From Somniosus microcephalus (taxonomy: Eukaryota), in NCBI GenBank assembly GCA_052327205.1, contig CM126222.1, positions 51,026,001 through 51,090,000 on the forward strand: a DNA stretch of 64,000 bases, read 5' to 3'. Positions within the stretch are counted from its first letter, which is position 1, and every line of letters begins with the position of its first letter. Shown one piece after another: positions 25,669-38,166 of the stretch. Below the pieces are notes generated by a model. That model worked only from the letters and a program-made list of their open reading frames with translations. It was not told the origin of the DNA and did not search any database. The position numbers and the translations under genes were made by a program.

Positions 25669-26994
25669 CAAAAAATAAAAATATGCCCCATTATGGTTAT
25701 GTATTCTTGAACTCTTAACGTAAAAAAATCTACTGTACTTTAAATTCAAAATAGCTGCAGGCATCACCCTGTTTTCTTGGTTGCCATATTCTACTTCAGA
25801 GGGTACCTTTTTGAGAAGTGTTGTTTCAAACCTAATTAACACCACTGTGCATTTAAAAAGATGTCCCAGTAAACGGGGTGATATTGTTGTGTGATGTAAC
25901 ATCCATGTTAAGGTTGTACTTGAAAATATTTATACCTTTAGGCTGTAGATAAGTTAACATTTGGGAGTAGCATCCACAAACTTACCTATCTACCATTTAA
26001 CTCAGGACAATGTATACTTAATTCTGCATTACCATTCTATAGTGTTTTTTGTAACATTGTATTGCAGCAGTCTAGTTAAAATTGTGCCATTGCTAATTGT
26101 TGGCTGGAATTAATGCTGTCCTGCTCCAGGCAATTATTCACCCTCATTGTCAAATGCAATCTCATCATGGTTGGCTATAAAAATATACTTAAAATGCATT
26201 AAAAGAAAAATATAGCTCAAACTTCACGTTTGAAACCCTGCTAAAACCTGAAAAAGAGGCATTTCTAGAGTTAGTGCTGGAAAAGTATTAAAGAGTCGGT
26301 TTTAAAACAAAAAGACTATTTCCAAATGTTGCAGGAACAGATCCTTTTTAACCTCAGATCAACTGCTCCAAGAACATTTGTTTTAATTTAAGGCTGTGTA
26401 GTATTAACCTAATGTTTTTATGTGTGCAATTTTATAAATAAATATTGCAGTCATTTTCACCTGTACAATTCTGGCCCTGTGTTTGATATTTTGCTATTTC
26501 GAGGAGACTGACTATGTGGAACACAGTTCTATACAATCCAATGTGCACTTTACTGCATTTAGGGTAACTTTTTTAATCCAGGGTTGCATAATCTCTGCAA
26601 AGCCAGAAGACTTAAGGCATATGCTAATGGATCATGGGAGACCAGGTCAATTCATAGGACCTGTAGTGAAGCTGTTGAAGGAGAAAATATTGTTAAAAAG
26701 CCTAACGGCATCACGGAAACATACTCAAAAAAATAGTTCAGTTTACATATTTTCTTCCAAGGGGCTGTGTAATTCAACTTTTTCTGTAGCTTGAGCAGGT
26801 GGCTCAGCCAACAGTGAAGTTAAATTCAGTTGAATGAAAAGAACTTTCTTTGAAACAAAAACAATTGCAAGCACAACCATGCTAATAAAGCTTAAGGTAT
26901 CAATGTATTCATCTGGTATGCACTGTGTAATCAAATTGTACAATGGCTTCATTTCGCACATGGTAGTCCCACGTCTCGAACAGGAGCATAAACA

Positions 26995-28170
26995 CTCCGA
27001 AGTAGTGTTGGAACCAATGACATGGGGAAGAGCAATACAGAGGTCTCAAAGGGAGTTTGAGGAGTTGGGTGTTAGATTAAAAAACAGGGCCTCAAGGGTA
27101 TTAATTGCAGAATGACTTCTGGAGCCCCACATTAGGTCAGGTTAGGAAGGAGCAGGTTAGACATCAACATGTGGCTTGACAGTGTAGAAGGGAGAATTTC
27201 AGATTTCTAGGACATTGGGATGAATTATAGGGAGCAGCTCCACACACAGGGTGGAGACTTCATCTGAACCAACCAGAGATGTTAAGGCAGTCCCGAATAG
27301 TAAGCTTAAGGAGGGCAATGGAGAGAAATAACTTGGGGTAAGATAGAGAGGTAAAAAGAACTTGCATTTATATAGCGCCTTTCACAGCCTTAGGATGTCC
27401 CAAAGGTGTGTAGTCACTGTTGCTTTGTAGGCAAATGTCGCAGCCAATTTGTACGCAGCAAAGTGGCAGAAGTAACAGTTAGATAAATGGCCAGTTAATC
27501 CATTTTTGATGTTGGTTGAGGGATAAATATTGGCCAGGACACTGGAAGAACTCCCCTCACCTTCCAATAATGCCTTGGAAACTCTTGTAGCCATTTGGGA
27601 CCTTGGTTTAAAGTTTCACTGTCAGTACAGCACTGAAGTGTCAGCCTAGATTATGTCCTAAAGTGCCTTAAGTGGGGTGGAAGTGCTAGCACTGAGTAAA
27701 AATCTGACATTTAAGGGTAAGGAGAAGAGTACTGAAGACATAAATGGAAAGGATGCCAAGATGTCTAAAAAGGTCACCGTTGTAAAGGTTATATGTGAAC
27801 ATACAAAATATTAGAAATGAAGTCAAGGAACGAGAGACACTAATTAGAATGAGGAGACATGATATAACCTCAACAAAAACTTCGCTTCTGCCTGGATGAT
27901 ACTGGAAACTAACATATTTGCACTTGTAAAACTTAGAGAAGGGAAAAAGGGAGGAGTAAACTTATTGATGAAGGAATAATTAGCCATAAAAATATTTTAT
28001 TGGTGGTATTTAGGCAGTCTGATAGTTAAGAAATATTAAGGGATTTATTAATATGGGATATGTCATAATTGCCAAATAGTGGGAAAGAAATAGATTTGTA
28101 GGTGATTTAGAGGTTATCAGCAGTAACCAGAGTTCTAATAATGATTCTGTCTAACATAAGGTAGTTGCAT
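26995..28170 (+). mobile_element. Highly degraded CR1 (ORF1 esterase and endonuclease remnants) with a nested DeuSINE at ~27352-27700 (minus)
   Basis: GGAACCAATGACAT...REFEELGVRLKNRASRVLI matches the ORF1 segment at 9663-9760. Confidence 0.7.
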
Positions 28171-30632
28171 TAAGGCAAAGGTTTGTGGTCAAAATGAGGT
28201 CCCTTGTCTGTATCCTAATGGCAAGCACCCATGCACTAGGAATGTATCTAGGCTATCCGATAGGATGGAAAATCAGGTAGTCGCTGCTGGGGTGGGTGAG
28301 GTACTAGGGGCCGGCACCCCTCGAAAGAATGCTAAAGTTACAAAGGGGGCCGGATTTGAAAAGTGTTTTAAAATGATAACCTTTTACTTTGGGTTACCAA
28401 ACCTGGGCCTACATTTTCCATTTGGCAGCCTCTCCTGTCAGAACCTCTTCACAATTTTAAAAACTATTAAATGGAGAGAGATGGGCTTAGGGACTTAGGT
28501 CTGTCTAGCTTGCTGGACAAGGGAAAGGAGGAGAAGCAGCTTAACAATTGGTCTCTACCATGGCAATGAATTTTCTCACACTCGTTAGCCACAAGGGGGC
28601 AGTGGAGAGGTGTTTAAGGAGCCAGTTGCCAGTGGAGGAAAGGAAGCTGAGCTTATCTTTCCCCTCCAGGATGATCCCAGAGTTCTGGCAGAAGAGGTAA
28701 ACCATGATCTGGAGCTGGATCGGGTATGCTCAAGTTTGCAAACCTGGGGCTGGAGGGGATGAAGATGGGGGCAATACAGGGATAGGAGATAAAGGCTTGA
28801 AGAAATCAGACAGAAACAGTTAGGTATATTTATGCATGGTTAAGAAAGTAGGGTTTAGAAAGGGACATGCTGCACCCAAACCAGATTGGTATCAATGTCC
28901 CTGAATTGATGATATATAGGGCAGGGAGAGGGATAAACAAAAATGGCAATTAATAAAGACCAAATCAGAAATGCATATTAAAATGTGTCTATATGATTGC
29001 TAGAAGTAGCAAGATGACTACACTTGAGCCTGTTCTGACAGTTGGAAACTATAATGAAGGGGTGCACATGCAACTGAGATCTAAGAGTGTCAGGAAATGG
29101 TGTGGTGAGGGGAAGAGAAAATTTATGAATGAATTAACAAACCCAGGAATGGATGGAAATTGGTTCCAGGGAGGGCGTGCCAACCAACGCAAAGCCTCAG
29201 TGGTGACAGGACAAAGCATAAGCCCCGTGAGAAATAATTGTAAATAAAAAAAACTTTAAGGCTCTCGTAATCCGAGCTGGTCACCTCAATGCATCTACGG
29301 TGGAGCCAGGCCCGGGAGGTCTCAAAAATAAGTCAGCAACAGTACTACCTTTATTGGCTTAAGTTATGCTTGGAGGAGCATGAATGCTCCTTCTAGCCCC
29401 ACAGAAATAAATCTTACTTTTGGGCTCCTCTTTCATTGGACCACCTGCTGAAACTGTAGAGCATGCACAGTGCCCTCGCTGCTCCATTCTGTCCTAAATT
29501 GGCAATTGGGGTCCTATGTACATCATCAGACCTCGATTTGCATATTGAAGGGGCTTCAGCTGCCCTACAGTAGGCCCCTTTGAAGGTGGTTGCGACCAGC
29601 GCCAATGAGGTGCTATGTCATTGCTGGGCAGCTACCACCCCATTTATGACAGGTGGCCGATGTTAGAATCTAGCACAAAGTATGGAGAACTGAGGCAAGT
29701 TACAGCAACAGAAAATTGCGACAGAGATTGTGTGATACCAGCATAACTGACACTATCTACAATTTTTTTTTGTAAGTGTTGCATCTGTAGTGTAAGACTA
29801 CAAATATATAATAGAAAGATTACTAAGTGAGAAGTATGTTAATGTTAAGCCACATCTCCAAGTTTTTCCAAGTACTTGAGCATATTACATTTTCTTTGAT
29901 ATTTGTCCTTGAATGATTAAATTGTTTAAGTGGTAAAAAATAATTGTGCTGACTTCCTGAGTCATCAGCTGTTGACCAATTCAATGATGCAAAAGTAGTC
30001 TTTCAACAGCAAGTCATGATACTGCTAATTAAGGGCGCACAATTCTTTTCAAATGTTTGTGCTTCAAAGCTGGCTGTTTTCTGCACTTGCAAACACTCTT
30101 GAAAGAGTCTGTACACAGACCAGCCCACTGATTATCTTGGCAACAATGAAGTTAGTGAACAGTTAAAGGGGTGCGTGGTTGGAATCTTCAGTGACCCTGC
30201 TGTCATTTAGTTGCTGATTGTATCAATGCCCAGGTGATCAAAAAATATTAATGTACCATCATCCTTCAAGTGCAACATTACTTCACAAAGGGCCCATATT
30301 CAATGGCTCATCCTCCGCCATTTCCGCCACCTCCAGCATGATCCCACCACCAAACACATCTTCCCCTCCCCTTTCAACATTCTGAAGGACCGTTCCCTCC
30401 GCGACACCTTGGTTCACTTCTCTATTACCCCCAACGCCCACTCCCCTGCCCACGGTACTTCCCCATACAAGCACAGGAGATGCAACACCTGCCCTTTTAC
30501 CTCCTCCCCACCGTCCAGGGCCCAGACACTCCTTCCAGGTAAAACAGTGATTTACTACTTGTACTTTCAATTTGGTATGCTGTATTCCCAGCTCACGATG
30601 CAGTCTCCGCTACATTGGGGAGACCAAATGCA

Positions 30633-31637
30633 GATTTTTTTAAAAATTGTTTATGGGATGTGGGCGTCGCTGGCAAGGTCAGCATTTATTTTCCTCAAGA
30701 AGATGGGGGTGAGCCGCCGCCTTGAACTGCTGCAGTCCGTGTGGTGAAGGTACTCCCAGTGCTGTTAGGGAGGGAGTTCCAGGATTTTGACCCAGCGACG
30801 ATCAAGGATCAGCGATAAACTTCTAAGTCAGGATGGTGTGTGACTTGGAGGCGGTGGTGTTCCCATACACCTGCTGCCCGTGTGCTTCTAGGTGGAAGAG
30901 GTCGTGGGTTTGGGAGGTGCTGCCGAAGAAGCCTTGGCGAGTTGCTGCAATGCATCTTGTAGTTGGTACATACTGCAGCCACGGTATGCCGGTGCTGGAG
31001 GGAGTGATTGTTTAAGGTAGTGGATGAGGTGCTAATCAAGCGGGTTGCTTTGTCCTGGATGGTGTCGAGCTTCTTACGTGTTGTTGGAGCTGCACTCATC
31101 CAGCCCGTGGAGCGTTTTCCCTCATTGACTTCAGTTTTACTGGGGCTCCTTGATGACACCACACTCAGTCAAATGCTGCCTTGATATCAAGGGCTGTCAC
31201 TCTCACCTCACCTCTGGAATTCAGCTCCTTTATCCATGTTTGGACCAAGGCTGTAACGAGGTCAGGAGCTGAGTGGTCGTGGCAGAACCCAAACTGGGCA
31301 TCAGTGAGCAGGTTATTGGTAAGTGTCACTTGATAGTACTGTCGATGACACTTGGCATTTCTGGCTGAAGAGCCTTGTCTTTTGCACTCACGTGCTGGGC
31401 TCCACCATCATTGAGGATGGGGATACTCATGGAGTCTCCTCCTCCCGTTAGTTGTTTAATGGTCCACCACCATTCACATCTGGATGTGGTAGGACTGCAG
31501 AGCTTTGATCTGATCCGTTGATTGTGGGATCACTTAGCCCTAGCTAAATCATGCATGTAGTGCTGTGTTGTAGCTTCCCCAGGTTGGCACCTCATTTTTA
31601 GATACGCCTGGTGCTGATCCTGGCATGCTCTTCTCAT
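30633..31637 (-). mobile_element. Non-LTR retrotransposon fragment (CR1/L2-group, separate family, internally deleted)
   Basis: WMSAAPTTRKKLDTIQDKATRLI...HSLQHRHTVAAVC resembles a LINE ORF2 C-terminus; interrupts the YIGET-containing frame. Confidence 0.7.
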
Positions 31638-31938
31638 GGGGTGACCGCTTTGCGGAACATCTCCGTTCACTCTAAGCGTGTCCGAGCATCCGGTCGCCTG
31701 TCATTTTAATTCTCCGGACCACTCCCACCTCGGCCTCCTACACCGTTCCAATGAAGCTGAACGTAAGCTCGAGGAACAGCACCTCATCTTTCTCTTAGGC
31801 ACTTTACAGCCTTCTGGACTCAACATTGAGTTTAACAATTTCAGATCACAACCTCTGCCCCCATTTTTTCAGATGCCAGCTGTGACTGATGATTCTGATA
31901 TTCCCATTTATACCTCCTCTCGACCCATCTTTTGTTCC

Positions 31939-33565
31939 GTTGTACGGCCCTCCTCTCTGCTCCGTTACGTCCAAGGGACGCAGACTTGAATGAATATAGC
32001 GGACAACTGGTTTAGCCATTCACCGCCAGATCTGGCTGAACCACATAAAGCATTATCAGGTCCTGCTCGCTGTCAAAATTGCTCACTATTCCAGAATCTT
32101 TCTGGAATGCAAAGGTAAACACCGGCTTCTATTTTCCACTGCTAACCGTCTTTTTAAACCCCTCTCCCGTCTCCACCCCATCATCTCCGACAACAAGTGC
32201 GAGAAGCTCACAGACTTTTGTGTCTCCAAGATTGAGACCATCCGTTCAGCTGCCTTTGCCACTTCCCTTCCTTCCCCTAGCCCACCGGGCAAAACTTCCT
32301 CTAAGGTTCCCCCCGCCCTCGCTCTGAACTCGCATCTTTTTCCAGTTTCTCTCTGCTCTCGATCTTGTCCATGGGACCCATTTCCTATTCCCACCAAACT
32401 GCTGACCACCCAACTTCCTTTTCAGGCTCCCAGGTTAGCTGACATTGTTAATGGTTCTCTCTCCTCGGGTACTGTCCCCCTCTCCTTCAAATCTGCTGTC
32501 ATCACCTCTCAAAAAACCAACCCTTGACTCGTCCATCCTTGCAAACTACCGCCCCATCTCCAACCTCCCCTTCCTCTCAAGTCTTTGAACTTGTCACTTA
32601 CCAAATTTGTGCCAATCTTTCCCGCAATTCCATGTTTGGAGAGATTCAATCAGGTTTCCGCCCTTGCCACAGTACCGAAACGGCTTTCAGCAGTCACAAA
32701 TGACATCCTTTGTGACTGTGACAAAGATAAACTATCCCTCCTCGTCTTTCTTGACTTGTCTGCAGCCTTTGACACGGTTGACCACTCCATCCTCCTCCAA
32801 CGCCTCGCCACCGTTGTCCAGCTGCGTGGGACTGCACTCGCCTGGTTCCATTCTTTTCTACCTAATCATAGACAGAGACTCACCTGCAACGGCTTCTCTT
32901 CCCACTCCCACAGCATTACCTCTGATGGCCCCCAAGGAGCTATCTTTGGCCCCCTCTTATTTCTCATCTACATGTTTCCACATGTACGTCGACGACACCC
33001 AGCTCGACCTCACCACCACTTCTCCCAACCCCTCCCTGGTCTCTAAATTGTCTGACTGCTTGACCGACATCCAGTTCTGGATGAGCAGATATTTTCTCCA
33101 ATTAAATATTGGGAATACTGAAGCCATTGTTTCGGTCCCTGCCACAAACTCCGTTCCCTAGCCACTGACTCCATCCCTTTCCCAGGCTACTGTCTGAGGC
33201 TGAACCACACTGTTCGCAACCTTGGAGTCATATTTGACCCTGAAATGAGCTTCCGACCACATATCCGCGGCATAACGAAGACCGCCTATTTCCACTTCAA
33301 CATCGCCCGTTTCCGCCCTTGCCTCAGCTCATCCATTGCTGAAACCCTCATCCATGCCGGTTACCTCTAGCCTTGACTGTTCCAACACACTCCTGGCTGG
33401 CCTCCCGCATTCTACTAGTCTTTCCTCCTTTACAACGCTCCTTAAAACCTACCTCTTTGACCAAGCTTTTGGTCACCTGCCCTAATTTCTCATGTTATTG
33501 TGTCAAATTTTTTTTAATACTCCTGTGAAGCACCTTGGGACGGCACTGTATAAAATACAAGTTGT
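31939..33565 (+). mobile_element. L2 LINE (RT region plus tail)
   Basis: NYRPISNL, LDLSAAFDTVDH, PQGAIFGPLLF, YVDDTQL. Confidence 0.9.
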
Positions 33566-33695
33566 TTCTTTACTTGTCCCATTATCAGCTCCTTTCGCCT
33601 TGCACCATTATCCCTTTTGTCATTTAATCTCTCCTACCTTCCACCCTATCACAGACCTTCCCTTTTGTTCTTTCCTCCCCGTTCCCCCATCCTAT

Positions 33696-34022
33696 CTCTA
33701 ATCTCCTCCAGCCCTACAACCCTCCAAGATATCTGCGCTCCTCCAATTCTGGCCTCTTAAAATCGGGGATGCTCAAGTGCTCCACCATTGGTGGCTATGC
33801 CTTCAGCTGCCAAGGCCCTAAGCTCTGGAATTCCCTCCCTAAACCTCTCCACCTCCTTACCTTTCTACCTCTCATCTCCTTTAAGATGCTTCTGAAAACC
33901 TACCTCTTTGACCAAGCTTTTGGTCATCCGCCCTAATATTTCATGTGGTTCGGTATCAAATTTTTTGATAACAGTCCTGTGAAGCACCTTGGGATGTTTT
34001 GCTATGTTAAAGGCACTATATA
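33696..34022 (+). mobile_element. L2 3' fragment
   Basis: CCTAAGCTCTGGAATTCCCTCCC...TTTGACCAAGCTTTTGG tail. Confidence 0.75.
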
Positions 34023-37000
34023 ATTATTGATATACCCTTTGCGTTATATAATCTGGTGTAGTCCCTCATTTCGTCATAAAGAACTGATCCTCCACATTTC
34101 CCTCTTTCTCTGTGTGGCCTCCTAATCCAAAGTGTAATGTATCCTCTTGTAACATCCCACACTTTCATACCATCCTTTGGTGATGTCCCATTTTATAACA
34201 CAAGTTTTGTAATGCCTTCTCCTGTAATATTTCATAACATGCTGTTGTTGTAATACCTGCCCTGTAACATCTTGTAATAACCATGCCAAAAAAAAAATCA
34301 TCTATCTTTAATTAATTTTATATACTTTAACCAGTTAGAGTTTAAATGGAGGTTGCTCCTTTGGCAAGTACAAAATGGTGTAGGAAAAAACACTCCAACT
34401 GCAAGAACCAAGCTGCTGATCATTAATCATCAGAGTTCCCTTCAATGCAAGCAATCTGATCAAAATAACATATGCAGTTTGGACAAGATTAATATGTCAT
34501 TTTTGATTATTGGCATATAAATATAATTGTTACAGCAAATGATCCCATTGTCTACCAGAGTGTGAAGACTTTACAGTTTTTGATATTTTGAAGTAAAGCA
34601 ATTGCTTTGAAGAGATCAGAGGGATAAATGTCCCAACTCTGGGTGCCTGCACTAAACTATGTGGGTGTATATACCATGATAAATATTGCATCCCAAACTC
34701 TATACTTTGAGATTCCATACTATTTATGAAGAAAAAAAAGATACATCTAAAGAAACTGCAACAAAAGCTGAATGCAGTGCACTGAAAAGAAAAAATTAAC
34801 TGTAGATTATCATGAACCAAACCAATTTGCAATTAAATCATTCAAAACTAAACCCATATTGTGTTTGATAAGTATTGGTGTAAATTGTACTTAATTCAAC
34901 ATTTTATCATCACATTCTACACTAAATTTAATACTTAAGGATACGGTATACATGTTCGTAAAAGAAGTGTGACTTATCAGTGGAACCGTGTTTTCCCACA
35001 GCTGGCGAGAGCTACTTAGACTTGAAATTGGGACCACCCAAAGAACCAACCTCCCAAAAAAAAAACTACAAATAGTGGTAACATACTATAATGGCACCAG
35101 AAGGAGGAGCAAACAGAAGTAGAAAAAGCACAATCATAACACGCTGACAAATAAAACAGCGAGAGCTCTTACTATTAGTAACTAGAACAAAGCCTAGTTC
35201 GCCAACCAACCCATCCACTCCATGTGAAGACAAAACTCACGAGCCCAGAATCTATCCTGCTGCACCCACTGGGACACCCCATCACAACTATTCAGATAGA
35301 TACAAACTGTCCCGAGGAAAGCAACACAGAAGAGGGGAAAAAAATCACACCAATAACCCCGTCTAACTTCAATCTGCTACACCTTTCATGGGGGCCATGT
35401 ATTGTGATGAAATCATAGCCTGTGAAAAATGTTCAGTGTTACTTAGCAAATACATTGAACTATTTAATTCGATGACGAGAATTACTTTGGGAAAGTAAAC
35501 AACACAAAATCCTCAGCTATGTAAATGCCAAAATGTTTCTGTGGTGCTTATCAAAATAAATTCAGCTCCAACTTTTAGGTACACGTGTCTAAAATACTCA
35601 ACAATCTAGCTTTGAGACTCAGAATTGGTCTGGTCCAATTATTTTAATGCACATAAAATTAATTAATTAGCCTGCAGCAGTTTAGAAGAATATAACTCCA
35701 ACCGTTATATTACCATCTTTCAAGAATTGATAGTTGTGGTACACAATGTTCCTAAGAAGCAATAACTTTAATCACATTGTTCACAACCATTTTGCAGTAC
35801 TCCGGCTCCAATCCTTTGCTTTTTCACGTTGGTACATTTTTCATATCTTTACCAGCAGCTATAGGCAAGAAAACAATAGCTGCACACTGAATTATAAAAT
35901 TAAAAACAAAGTTACACAATACACTGCTCATTTACACTAACACTCAAAAGGTAAAATTCTAAACTAATTACAAAAGGCGTAAAACACCTAAAAACAAATA
36001 AGGTGTACAAGTTGCACAGTGCAAAGTGATTATAAAATCTCATTTAGTGGTCTGTAATGTACCAGTTGGTCTTTATTAACAAAGTACTCCAAACTCAGAT
36101 ATGATTGCTGATGCTAAAAAAAGGTTATTTCAGGATGCTTTTTGTTCCATTGAGATCCCCAATTTAGAAATGGTGGCAATAATTTATATTGTGCCATAAG
36201 CAAATGTTCGGCTAGTTGCTTAAACCCGACAGGAAATGGGGGTATTAACGTACCCGTTTTGGTAGACTGTGACAGTTAACCATTTCACCGTCTTGCTGTC
36301 AGTACCACCCAGCTGCTTGCGCTTCTTACAGAAAAGAAAGATGGGAGAGAGTATTGGCCTGATGTTTTACAGCCCATAGATTAGTCAACTAGATGCTGCA
36401 GCAGATATTGTGTACTGCTATCCATTACACAGCTCAACATTATTATGCACCTATATTGCACTGCAGAGCAGATTCTGGTGGATGGATTGATGCGACTAAG
36501 AAGCCATAAACATAACCACCACAAAGTGGGGTTTTTTCTTACACTTTTGGGTTGAACAGGTTAAGCATCTACATACTGGTTATAAAGCAGAAGAATACAT
36601 ACAAATTATAATTTATGAAAGCACAATTTTAAAGTTGGGGGCTGAGTGATTTGCTTTTTATAGTTATATGGTGTAGAAGAAATCCAGTATAGCAGTAATT
36701 GTTAAAAATTTGACCTGTTAATACTTGAATTTATGTCTAATATAGGCCAATATCCATTCCTTTTTAAACCTTGAAAATAATTTCTGTGTTGAAGCCAAGA
36801 ATTTTTGGAAGGTATTATGTACACAGGTAATAAATCACAATATATAATATAAATAATCACAATATTGTTGCCTGTGATCAATGCTATTACTCTGGAAACA
36901 AATCTACTCATGTCAGGTAAAAAGCTTATGGCCTTTACCACTTTTCCTTTTTTGCTTGTGGTGTGCTATGTTGGAAATGTCAACTGCAGCCTGAGCAAAG

Positions 37001-37563
37001 TAGAAAAACAAACTTCTCGTTGTTGTCTGAGCTGGTTTTAAAAAGCAGCCAGTGGCAATTGAGAAAAGCGGAGAACTTTGTGTGCAATGCACCCTGTTGG
37101 GAGTCACTGCTGCAGTAAGGGGTACAAATAGCGCAGATTTGTATATTAAAATACACTGCAATACCAAATTAAAGAGACATTTCTGGCGCAATACACATGC
37201 ATGTTTGTTACTGTCAGTTATACTTGCGTATGAATATCTTAACTACACTTAAAAGAACGAATGAAAATAAATAAATAAAAGCACTTTCAGTAACTTCCAC
37301 CAGGCACTGTCAGGTACACACAGTTTTTAAATGTGGCTGCGTCTATCTTTTTTGCACTCCTCTTCCAGCTGGTCTCTGCCACGGTTGGTGTGGATAAATA
37401 CTAGTTCTGGAACATCGAAAAAGGTTGTTCTAACCACATGCCTCAATCCTCATCCAAATGTTACAGGCAGTGCTTCAGCAATCAGGAAATCCGATTTAAT
37501 AAAGATCAACCGAATATTGTATTGAGGTTTCCCTGTTATAAGGCAGTAGAACTCTGAACCTTT

Positions 37564-37665
37564 TTAACATTCATTCTGTTGAAGCTGCTGCCATCGAAAG
37601 CTTGTATCCAAGGTTTTATAATCCTCTTCACTGTTTTCTTGTTCTTTAGCAAACTGCATGAAAAC
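37564..37665 (-). CDS. ABCA5: ABCA5 terminal coding exon
   Basis: VFMQFAKEQENSEEDYKTLDTSFRWQQLQQNEC*, compare human VFVELTKEQEEEDNSCGTLNSTLWWERTQED. Confidence 0.9.
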   Translation of the reverse strand, partial: VFMQFAKEQENSEEDYKTLDTSFRWQQLQQNEC

Positions 37666-38110
37666 CTAAAGCCATGTAAAGGATAGCTATTATTATACAT
37701 GATATATCAAGGATTATTATTATATATCCAGTAGACATTTAAGACAAGCCAGGGTTTAAATGCAATGTAATTTCCACTCCTCCACAGAAAGTTGTTTTTT
37801 CAGGTCTCAACTCAGATTGTCATTTAAATGATGTTTGCAACCTGTCTGCCAAAGACTGTCAGCAGCAGAGAAAATTGCCAGCCTTGTTGACTCTGAAAAC
37901 CTCGGGAGAGGGAATCAAATGCTAAGCAGGAGTTGACCAAAGGCATAAGCAACAAGGTAAATTTTCACGAGTTTTCAGGACCCCATTTTAACCTCCGTTA
38001 TAAATAGAACAGTGCATAATTCCTCTAGTACTTGTCAAAATAGGAATTAAAAAGAAAGTGGATCTCATAAACCATGTGTATATATAAAATAAGGGACAAA
38101 TTTACTATAC

Positions 38111-38166
38111 CTGTTCCAGTGTTGACTGTGAGAAACTATATTCTTCTATGTCAAAACTGTGTTTAG
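38111..38166 (-). CDS. ABCA5: ABCA5 exon
   Basis: (A)KHSFDIEEYSFSQSTLEQ with AG/GT flanks. Confidence 0.93.

Larger units (their letters stand above)
30293..33695 (+). mobile_element. Penelope-like element (GIY-YIG end) broken by two nested LINEs; pieces ~30293-30632, ~31638-31938, ~33563-33695
   Basis: RCNTCPF, C..YIGET and, after the insertion, DRFAEHL...PVACHFNS...RKLEEQHLIFLLGTLQPSGLNIEF. Confidence 0.8.

Noticed and set aside
26582-26736. Possible alternative terminal exon of the Myb gene (ttttaatccag|GG TTG CAT...TAG, phase-compatible with exon 2) and overlapping 103-aa ORF
   Set aside because: No recognisable homology. Open frames of this length with an AG acceptor arise by chance, so transcript evidence is needed.
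25680-30290. Searched for a Harbinger DDE transposase (HARBI1-like) partner next to the Myb gene
   Set aside because: No ORF or motif remnant seen; only degraded CR1, SINE and MITE-like sequence.
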